64,000 nucleotides of DNA, taken from contig NC_042999.1 of assembly GCF_006345805.1 (NCBI RefSeq), positions 144,336,001 through 144,400,000 of the forward strand, written 5' to 3'. Position numbers and translations under genes: made by a program. The notes under the pieces were generated by a model. That model saw only the letters and a program-made list of their open reading frames with translations, searched no databases and had not been told where the DNA came from. Origin of the DNA: Octopus sinensis. Taxonomy: Eukaryota. Below, piece by piece: positions 53,455 to 64,000 of the stretch (positions are counted from its first letter, which is position 1; every line of letters starts with the position of its first letter).

Positions 53455-53870
53455 ATCATCATCATTATATTATTTCCGCTTTCCATGCTGGAATGGATTG
53501 GAGTTCTGCCTGTGAGAGCAGTAACAATGATAAAGGACTAAATCAGTTCTTAATCAAAGTTGACACCTTCATTTACAAGTGAAGGTCTACATCTCACTCA
53601 TATGTTAGTATGATTTCTATAACTGGAGACCCTTCCTAACACCAGTAGCATAGTGATTACATTTTATTGTGGATCAGCAAGCATTAGGGGAGTTGTCATT
53701 CATTAGTCACTCCAGAGTGTACTAAGTGGGTGTATTTTATTGTGACACCAGTAATGCAGAAGCTATTGTGCCTTTGACAAGACATGTCTAAAAGAGGTCC
53801 ATACATTGTCTACTTGTTTGCTAATCACTTTACTGGGTGCATTTTATCGTGGCACCAGCACCAATGAGAC
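53455..53870 (-). mobile_element. Diverged RTE 3'-UTR fragments
   Basis: (CAT)n, ttccatgctgg, cccttcctaacacc and gggtgcattttat..gtggcaccagc motifs in reverse orientation. Confidence 0.55.
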
Positions 53871-54584
53871 TGCTTTGTGTCTTGCAAATGAAAGTCCTCA
53901 CAACCCAATACTGTATCAGTTCATTCATAGCAGTATGATCAACAATAGTAAATGGAAGAGAGGATAATGGCTGAAGATAAACTAGGATGAAAGAGTGAAA
54001 AAAAGCAAGAGTATGGTGGGAGGAAGAGGGTAAGTGAAGGCAAAATGTAGAAGAGTAGGGATAAAAGAGAGACAATGAGTAATGGAAGAAACACAGTAAA
54101 GGCAAGGTGTAATGGGAAAAAGAGACACTATGACAAAGTGCAATGGGAGAGAAACCTTAATGATAGCTATATGTTAGCCAGAAAAAGAAGAGCAAATGAT
54201 AAGTAGTCATAGAAATATCAATAGTAAGAGAGTATGATGAATATCAATAACAAGTAACCTAGAGCAGAGGTTAGTTGTGGCTAACAGAAGAGGAAGGTAA
54301 TGTAAGGAAGTAATATAGATAACATTAAAACCTGAATGTTGAAAAGTAAGAGCTGGATGATTAAATGGATGCATGGTTATATACTTTTTATTAATGAAAA
54401 GCAAAATGTTTTAAACTGGAAAATAAAGTATTAAAATACTTAAAAGTGAAGCAAACACTGGCAAAGTCTGAAATAAGAACATTGATACAACTAATGCAAA
54501 AAATTGTGCAATTTGCAGATTTTGCCATTTAAAATTGTAGCTTCTTATATGTTTATTGCTACAAGGACAGTGAATGGAAGACAT

Positions 54585-54666
54585 TGTTGATTTTACATTG
54601 AATGAAAAAAAATGGGGGAAAACAGTGTTGATTTTACATTGAATGAAAAAAAATGGGGGGGAAAAA
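54585..54666. repeat. 41-bp tandem duplication
   Basis: tgttgattttacattgaatgaaaaaaaatggggg at 54585 and 54626. Confidence 0.9.
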
Positions 54667-57600
54667 AAGCAAGATTGTATGAAAACCCCAAAAGGGACTC
54701 AGCTACCTAGAGTCAACTTGAGCAACTCACAAATCTACATGGTATTTACCATTTCTACAATTTTCAATAATTAATGATTTCTAACATTTTCTTTTTTATA
54801 AAAAACAATTTCTAATGTGAGCACAAATTTTGGGAACATATAGTAAATCATATCAACTTCACAACTTGACTGGGAGCTAATTTTTTAATCCTACTGAGAA
54901 GGAAGTCAAGCTAGTATAGAGACACATGCTGGTGTGTAATATGTGTATAAGTCACAAGCTTATCAGGGTACATGTAATAATATCAGGGTACATGTAATCA
55001 ATAGCTAAAAAGGCAAATGTGTTTCACTCATTATCTTACAACTGTTGAAAACTTAGATATTGATTGATATAAATTTGATCCTTGTTGTGTATGTACATGA
55101 TTAGGTATATAAATAACAGAGGGAAAATTAAATACATCTAGATAAATGAATATGTATGAACATTTGTGTGTGAATATGTATTTAAGAGATTTTGTGCATG
55201 TTTAGAGAGAGAGAAGAGAGAGCGCAAGCATGTATGAAACAGGAAAGACAATGTAACTGAGAAGGGAACTAAGTTTTGAATTATTTGTAGGGGAAGAGGA
55301 TATTTTTTTTTTTTTAATTAATTTCTCTTTGCTCCTATCTGAATATGTCGTTGACTTAGGCAAAAAGAAAAAAAAACAAGAAAGTAGGTTGATACTAATA
55401 TACACCAACAAATCAGATCAGATGACATTGGAATGGGGATTGGAATTCATCACAGTATTTGTAATATTAGGTCAAATATTTTTGTCAACAAATTTCAGTC
55501 ATTGGATTGTGGCTAAACTGAGACAGTATCTTCAATGGTGTAGTCAATTACATCAACCTCAGTATCTGACTGGTACTAATTTTACCAACCCTGTAATAAT
55601 GAGAGGCAAAGTCAACCCCAGTTTCATTTGGACATAGAAAGCAAATTATATATTTTCATGGCTATGCAAAAGAGTCTGCCATCCACAAATTTATAAACAA
55701 TGTGAGATAAAGGAAATAATTGAAGCAAACAATGGCATCAATTTAGATAATTCAGACAGGTGATGATGTACCAAATGATGTGTGCAAAAATATCTTTATG
55801 AATTGTAATTTTCCCCTTAGTGAGAGAAAGAAATCAAAAACCTAATGCAATTGTTAGCAACTCTCAAAGAAAAAATGGGAATAATGTAACAAATTTTACC
55901 TCAAAATAAGTAAGCATGGTGAAATGGTTTTAGATTAATCCAGATATTTTTTTGCCTGACACACAGTTCATTAATGGGTTAGTGCTTATAATTAGTTTCT
56001 AAAGTGTTAAACAGATAAGAGACCAATTCTTTCACTGGATGCAGTCCAACTAAAAATAACAGCTCAATTTCCTTGAAAGTACACCCTGCCATCTTAAAAA
56101 TGGAAAGATATATAGGATAAAGTAGTGTGAAGAAAAAGAAAAACAGAATAATCACTGCTGAAATATCTTTCATCATAAACCTACACAATCAAGGACCATT
56201 GGGAGCAAAACAAGAACAACCAGTCTACTAAAGAGAATTAAACTTGTTCAGTCACATGAGGAACTGAACTTAGCATTACAAAACATCAACCTCTCAATGT
56301 TGTCATAACTTCAACAGTATATTATTCCTGCTCTATAGCATCTAACTACATTTATACAAACTCAACCACTGAAAGTTAAGCATCTTGGCCCACAAATATG
56401 CTGCAGTGCTGATAACAGAATATCGACTGCCCAACTTCCCAACTGGTATTTATTGACTCAGACCAAATTGCTCTTTTTAGTATCAAGAAATTTCAAGTGA
56501 ACTGTTGAAAACAAAACACAGTATAACGATACCGCAAGCAACTCTATATAGTTAACATACAGAACAACACAAAATTCTGAAGGCTAAAACAACTTTAAAT
56601 ATCAAATAGTATTAGGATGCAACCTTGACATTCACAACGGACACTTAGTTCCCAAGAACAAAGACACTGGAAAGATTTTCCATGAAGACATCTTCCCTCA
56701 CAAACAGGTAACTTTCAGTTAAAACATTTAAATACTTTACAAATATAAGGCATTATAGTCTCATAAATTCTTAGACAGAGAGCACATTCTTAGCATAAAG
56801 ACTGTCTTTTCTTCAATATCTACTTCAGTCCTGCTTAAAAATCTACTTCAAAGCATACACTATATAAACACACAGGAAAATGAGAAAAAAAAAGCCAACC
56901 AACTAATTGGCAAGTCCTCACAAACATTTACACAATACTTTTAATAGTTTCTGCATTTCTAAACCAGCAAGCTGTGTACCCACATTTTCCAACTAAGGCT
57001 ACTCAATTCACCTGCTTCATTATTTCTATTTATTCCTGTTGTATCTCACCCAAAACTGTGTACTAAAAATTTCTCAACATTTTACCTCCTCAACTGCTGT
57101 CCTCTCCAATCACTTTCTCTACAGGTCTGTAGAAATTCCTTCAGAAATCCTAGATAAATACCAGCTGTAGCAACCTCATCAGAACGAAATTTTAAAAAGT
57201 AAAAATCACAGCACAAAGATAAGCACTGAAATATATTTTATATGAATGACCACCCTGTCACTAAATATCTCATGACACAACTTTAAAAGACAGATTCCTT
57301 CACATTGCCATAACAAAAAATTTATGATACATAATACTACTTTCCAAAGACAAGAAGTATCTATAACATCACTTGTAGGAAGCATTGCTCTAATGAAAAC
57401 ACAAAATATTAACAAGCTTGGACATATGTGTCACCAGTGATAAGAATATAGATGGAAAACTAAAGAGTAATCATTAAATGCAGACATGACACACAAGATA
57501 TTGTTGTGACAAAAAAAGATAAACATGTATACTGATGTAGAGGACAATTGTTTTAACTGATATGTATATACATCAAATACTGATAAAAAAAAAGTAGATA

Positions 57601-59266
57601 TTTATAATTAATTGATGCATAACATACAGCTATTGTATGAAGATAATAAAATGAAGTCCTTTACTCATTAACACATAAAATTATGCCGATATAAGTTTAT
57701 ATAATAATCTCGAGAAGCTAAAGTTAACAAAAGTATAACCATATTAAATTCTCCAAATTTAGATGTTTAAATAGTATGGTTGACTATAAAAAGACTTAAA
57801 AAGATATTTTGCATATGACTGAAGTCACTACTATGTAACTGTTTCTTAGGCAAGAGACTGACTAAGTCAAAACTTATCCCAACTTCACGAAACACTCAGA
57901 TTCTGAAGTGAATCTCAATCTATTGCAATTTAAGAGGCCACTGAATTTGGCAGGATCCCAACACAAGATTATTAGTCACCAACTTTTATGACAAACTATT
58001 TGACTTTCAACTTTCTCTTCACAATGATCGATTCAAATACAGGGAAAAAAACCTATATGAACACAAATATTAAAAACAAATTAAAACATTAATCAATTAC
58101 AGGATGAAATTTACACATTATGGACAGTTTCTTAAATACAAGTTCAGCTCTTCCATGTCGGGTCACAATTAACGGGCAGGGACAAACTGATCTACATCAT
58201 TTGACAAGAAAGGCTTGAGTCTACTTGAGGATTTGTACCACAAAACCACAGACTTTAAAGAAATATTTATTTCTCTAAGGATAGGAATTTATAAAGGTAC
58301 AGGACAAGAGTTACAAAATCAAATTTACAGCAAGCATTCTTTGGTTAGAATCTCATTTTCTCTACATGCTTCAGTTAAGCTAGCTGCCAAGAAAAATCAG
58401 CTGTTAATTAGCTATCCAGATGTGATCTCTAAAAACAATGCTTAAGTACAGAAACAGTTATCAAGTAATGACCAAATTGGTTGAGGGGAATGGAAGAATT
58501 AATATTTTTATTATAATTTTTATACTAGTCTTCCTCAAGGCAGGGAGCATAACAATATTTTGGTAGGGCATGGGTTACTTTAGAATGAAGTGTTAGTAAC
58601 AAATGATTAAAACTTGCAATAAAGTTTAATTAGAACTTCTTATGAACAAATATATGTTCCATATGTTGTCCTTTCATGGTAAGGCACATTTTTTTTGTAG
58701 ATCTGGCATGAAATATGGGACAAAAATTGATGAGAAATACTGCTTTATATCACCATCTGTGTGTCCTACACAAATAATTCAAGTTCAAGATGAACTAGCA
58801 ATAAAAGATTTATAAGAAACTGCCCATTAAACTGACAGGACATAACATACCTATAACTCTGCAATGATGTATGCATGTGACAAGTAAATTTCCCATTGAT
58901 TACCTCAGTTGAAACTTTTACTTTTTCTTCTAATACAGTAGAATAACAACAGCTTCACCTTTACAGATTGGCATTTAGCAAGTTATTCCAAGCTAAGCAG
59001 CAAACCAACATCAATAACAGATGGAGAGGAAAAGAGGGGGAGAAGCTTTGCCATACTCAATAGTTATTTGTTTTATAACTTGCCAAGTAGAACTTTAAGC
59101 ACAACAGTATTAGGAGATGGGGTAAGGCAGAGAATTGTACGAAGGGAAAATGTTCTCAAAACATAAGTAAAAACAAAAATATGAGGAAATTATACAGGGT
59201 TTTCAAGAAACTAAGAATAGTTATATTGTGTAAAGAAATGAAATAGGGGCAAAGAAAGAAAAAAAT

Positions 59267-59622
59267 ATGGCTGTGTGGTAAGTAGCTTGCTTACCAACCA
59301 CATGGTTCCGGGTTCAGTCCCACTGCGTGGACCTTGGGCAAGTGTCTTCTACTATAGCCTTGGGCCGACCAAAGCCTTGTGAGTGGATTTCGTAGACGAA
59401 AACTGAAAGAAGCCTGTCGTATATATGTATATGTATTTGTCCCCCCAACATCACTTGACAACCAATTCTGGTATGTTTACATCCCCGTAACTTAGCGGTT
59501 GAGCAAAAGAGACCAATAGAATAAGTACTAGGCTTATAAAGAATAAGTCCTGGGGTCGATTTGCTCAACTAAAGGCAGTGCTCCAGCATGGCAGTAGTCA
59601 AATGACTGAAACAAGTAAAAGA
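59267..59622 (+). mobile_element. tRNA-derived SINE, near full length
   Basis: Pol III A-box tggctgtgtggt (59268) and B-box ggttcagtccc (59311), a central TA/TG tract, and a 3' ggtcgatttg..gtgctccagcatgg..gactgaaacaagtaaaaga end. Confidence 0.85.
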
Positions 59623-60304
59623 GAAAAAGAATACATGCAACAATAAAAAAAACAGACAGTTCTATTCATCACTATCATAAAGGGCAGCAGACTTAAGTGT
59701 TCAAGTGAACACATTTAAAACAGAGACATCATGTTTTGAAAAAATGCTAGAAATGGTAAGCAAATTCACTCAAATTACACCTTACCAGCTAAAAAAGTAC
59801 AAGTAGATATGCAAAAAGCCAGTATGGCCACAGATGGAATGCTATTGATTATGAGTCTCTTAAATAAAGGTTGAACTGGCACCAAACAACACTGCTTCTC
59901 AAATGGATATATGGAAATTGGATAAACACAACACTATTCATCACTGCTTAATGTAAGTTTTAATTAGTTTAAACATGCCATGACAGAAAAAAATCTATAG
60001 AAGGGCCCCAAAATAGATTTTAATATATTCAAATATATACATACATACATTAGCACATACACAATGTACACACACACATATACATAAACATATATACACA
60101 TACAAGCATATGAATATATATGCATACACTTGCAGATGTGTGAGTGTGTGTATTATCATCATCATCATTTAATGTATGTTGTTTACAAGTCACACAGAAT
60201 TCATTAGAGCAGATTCTTTATGGCCAAATGCCCTTTCTGTTGTCAACAATCATACAATACACACACATAGATACATATACAAATATATTTATATATCCAG
60301 AAAT

Positions 60305-60307
60305 ATA

Positions 60308-60365
<58 letters not shown>
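60305..60365. repeat. (TA)n microsatellite
   Basis: Direct read. Confidence 0.97.
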
Positions 60366-60371
<6 letters not shown>

Positions 60372-60780
60372 CAAAATGGAACAAGTACGCAAAACATCCG
60401 GACAACTAAGTGATACAAAAAGGGACAACAAAACATCCAGATAGACGAAAAAAACAAGGACGGGTCATTCAAAGCTTTCTATCCTCAGTCAAGAACCGGA
60501 TCATCCTCGCAATTTCAGCTGATTAATCTTCAGATTGCTCCAATCTGGTCAGCCCCAAGGAAAAACTAAGCTAAGAGCATTAGATTCTTTGGAAGAAAGC
60601 ATCAAATGTATACAAAAACAAGGATGGAAAAACAGACAATGTTAAACAAATATAAATACAAAATACAATAAAAATAATAATAACAGGACATAACAACAGG
60701 TGTCTTTCGACTGGAGATGAATTGAATTCAGCTGGCATGTGTGGAAATGAAAATCAGTTAAGAATTGGGGAAATGTATAT
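60366..60780. mobile_element. Unclassified CpG-containing interspersed repeat adjoining (TA)n
   Basis: GC/CpG content above background and a short internal direct repeat (aaaacatcc x2); no ORF recognised. Confidence 0.4.
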
Positions 60781-61404
60781 GTTAGTCATTATACACACAC
60801 ATACTGTGATTTATATATGCTAGATAGTAAAATTTTCAAGATTGATAGAATCAGGTATTTAAACAGTAAAAGCCCCAAGGTAGAGTCAGGGATAGCACAC
60901 TGGAGTACCAACAATATGTACTGATGTATATGTACTTGCTAAAGTAAGTACGGAGTTGTTCTTCCAGATATGCACATATCCACAAGCACTGACAGAATAC
61001 GCGATGTTTCCCCAAAGTGAAATATGGGTTCAATTACTCCAAGTATTCCAAAGTTGACCATAGGCTCCAGATCCAAATGCATGGAAGGTTCTGAGTTTGG
61101 TGAAGATTAAACAATAGCACAGTTGAGTTGAGGTTCACTGCAGCTGTTCCAGACATGTTCTTAATTGATGAACAAAAGTGTTACATCATGCAAAAACCCA
61201 TTTCTTCAAGGAAATAAGAAAAAAATTTAACTCTTACAATTTCTAACAAAATAGAACAGTGAAAGATAACCCTACTGAATAGGTTATGGTTATTTCTCCA
61301 AATTGTAACCTGGTTGGTAAGGTCGTCTTTCATTATGTTTTATTTTATGCACATATACTCATGTATATGCATATATATGTGTGTGTGTGTGTGTGTGTAT
61401 AAAA

Positions 61405-61530
61405 TCATTGTTTAACATCTGTTTTCCAAACTGGCATGGGTTGGATGGTTTGACAGGAGTCAACAATCCAAAGAACTGCACCAAGCTCCAGTGCTTGCTT
61501 TAGCATTATTTCTACAGCAGGATGACCTTC
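61405..61530 (-). mobile_element. RTE 3'-UTR terminal fragment
   Basis: ttttcc..ctggcatgggttggatggtttgacagg..tttctacagcaggatgaccttcc, the reverse complement of the terminal module. Confidence 0.7.
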
Positions 61531-64000
61531 CCAAGGTATCTTGTAGTAGAGGAGATACATGGCTACCCCAGTTGGAAAAGAGAAATGATGGATGATGTGG
61601 TGTAAGGGTGTACCCTCAAATTACAAGAAGGTGAATATAAAGGAAACAGCATAAGAAGATTGTTGAGTGTGAGTAGGCAGGTAATTTCACACGAGTGTGA
61701 AAGAGTGATAGATGGTGAACAGCGGTTAAGGTATGGCCAATTGTGAATATCAGTATAGTGTAGTGGGAAAGGTAAGAAAGATACACTAATATAATTTATA
61801 ATTCCTTTGTGGACAATCTGAAGATCTATGCCTGAAATGTTTACAATGGTGAAGAATAACTAGATTTAATTACATTATCTGCTGGGATAAGAATGGAGTC
61901 TGGTCAAAAGAAACTGGTTTGAAACCTGCAGCTCCTTTATCTTGATTATAAATTGATATTCACACTAATGATCATTGGTGCACTCAGTTATGAAAGTAAA
62001 TATCAAGGCCATAATAGGGAGAGGTTATGGTTTTCAAGCAAATAAGCAGACCAGCTATCATGAATATTACACATACAATCTCTAAATGGAACAGTAATAA
62101 TATGCAAGCCTTAATCAATGTTATCCAAACTCCAATGGAACTTTTGTGTTTTTGCAAGAAACCAACATCCTCATTCTGGAAAGAATGTTAGTAAATTAAA
62201 AGTACACACACATGCATGTATATAGAGAGTGAATGGAGGAATAGATACACCTTATTTGGGTACCTGGTGAAAATAATAATCAAATGACAGTTGTCATTGA
62301 AAGTAAAATAAAAAAAAAACCCTTCTATCAACAAAAATCCACAGATAAGTCTTAAAGACAAATTTGATAACTATTATTGTCATATACTATCATAGTTATA
62401 TTACTGAGAGAAACATCCCTGTAGAGACAATATACATAGTACATGATAGCTATTTTAAAATATATTTTTAAAACCCATATACTTTATAGAAATATATTTT
62501 ACCTAACAAGTAAAAATAAATGCATTTCTGTCAGTTTCAGAGCAATTATAAAAGTAATTATAGTAAATAAAGTCACTGATGTCCAAGTCAAATACATGAC
62601 TATTTCACAGTTTAAACACACGCACAAGCTGTTTGCAACCTCTTGCATTCAATGCCTTCATATTCCCATTAAAAAAAAGTGAAAAGAAAATGAGAAAAAA
62701 ACTTTTCCTTTATGATCATTTTACCAAGACCTAACTAAAAGAAAAGTAACCAAAGGAAAGGTAAATAAACAGTACTATGACACTAGCCCTGAACCAGCAA
62801 GTTTATGATCAAAGAACACATCCCATTCTTCTTATGTGTAACTAAGACTACATTAAGCAATATGCCATTTCTTTTTTAAGACTGTGGGGTGTAACTTGAA
62901 GGAAATATGATAGTTATTTCTAGCAGATTGAGAAAAGGCTCCCACATTGACCCATATTTGGAGATGCATCAGAGCAAATATACTCAACCCTAACATGTCT
63001 ATCTCGCAACAAGTTAATGTAATAGAGCTTTAATCACTGTTATAAGTTAGTAAATTGTGTCCCTACCACTCACATTGATTGAGTCATCTGGTTTGGTAAA
63101 GTTTGGTCATGTTGACAACAGTGAAGATTGACAGAGGATCAAGTGGGTCACATAAGTAGTGAGTAATGATTTATCATTAGCATGTCAGAACACACGTGCA
63201 TGCAGACACAGAATAAGCAGCTGTTCAATATTATTTATTATATCTTACATAAGATCCCCTTAGTATAATAATATCAATATGCAAATTATATTTCTATATA
63301 TATTTGGACACTGACACATATGTAAAAACATATATATATATATTTGAAACAAGGCTTGGAATATAAGAGTAAGGGCAGTGCCCATTAAGTCATTAGACTA
63401 ATGATATAACAGTAAAAGCTAATGTGAATAATATATTATATAAATACGTAATATCACATCCAACAAGCAAACAGAGGCAAAAAGTAACAAAAAATTCTCA
63501 AGAACTGGGACACAGAAATGGAGTGGGAGTATTTATTTGTTCAAACATCAAGGAAGAATAAAAGTAAGTCAAGTTCTGTGGGATTTGAACTCAGCAAAAG
63601 AGCAAAGAAGACTATAACATTTTGTCCTTTGCTATACTGATTCTGCATTACAAAAAATAATAATAATAATAATAATAATAGCAGCAGCAGCAATATTTGC
63701 TGAGCATACTTAAATATAATTTAGAAAAAATTATATAGAAATAAGTTTCAAAAAATTGCTATTAGTTATTGAGACATAGATGTGAGAGGCAACAATGATG
63801 TATATGTCCTCTTATTTCCTACATACTACAAAAAGCTAGATCTCTGTAACTAAACAGTAGTTATTTAATTTCAAAATATTTTTTCTATAGGTTTAAACGA
63901 GACAGTAATTCATACACAGTCAAGTAACAAATTTCAATTACAACATTCATAGTAAAGATTTGAATTAAACACAATTTTAAAAGTAAGTTCTTTTGTATAC

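Noticed and set aside
55979-56188. Minus-strand ttttaag|ATG ORF as a candidate first kinase exon
   Set aside because: The peptide lacks the NAK N-terminal GKVF..VTVED..AEG signature and has no phase-1 donor.
58144-58200. Box C/D snoRNA-like segment on the minus strand (ATGATGT...CTGA) with 10 nt resembling 18S rRNA
   Set aside because: The C box is imperfect, there is no terminal stem, and the rRNA-like 10-mer is in sense rather than guide orientation on the host strand.
58851-58872. IIAE peptide near a gtatgt donor, resembling the end of the missing first exon
   Set aside because: It is followed by L-stop, the donor phase is wrong, and there is no upstream VTVED-like sequence.
60509-60538. 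Minus-strand CTGAAGA...GAAA hammerhead-like motif
   Set aside because: There is no stem I (the cleavage nucleotide would coincide with C3) and stem II does not pair.

Overview
AT-rich, microsatellite- and transposon-dense eukaryotic genomic DNA. The repeat families (RTE LINEs with (GAT)n tails, tRNA-derived SINEs, mariner/maT relics) look like octopus or another coleoid cephalopod; this is an inference from the repeats, not a database result. The only host gene I can support is a minus-strand Numb-associated Ser/Thr kinase (AAK1/BMP2K/Nak family). Eight GT-AG coding exons between 25959 and 357 splice in phase into an intact kinase domain plus the start of the C-terminal tail. I did not find the ATG exon, so 25960-64000 appears to be one intron of at least 38 kb, and the 3' exons lie beyond position 1. 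The introns hold a 3.3 kb 5'-truncated RTE LINE, CR1/RTE fragments, several mariner and DD37D (maT-like) relics, SINEs, a piggyBac-like MITE, a non-autonomous Helitron and a 1.54 kb tandem duplication. The most interesting observations are: a C4HC3 PHD finger inside the RTE reverse-transcriptase ORF; a Penelope-type minimal hammerhead ribozyme motif; several long fold-back palindromes that would form dsRNA in the kinase pre-mRNA; and a (TG)n-bounded, near-identical tandem duplication. There is no evidence of a prokaryotic system such as CRISPR, and I cannot show that any of these observations is new.
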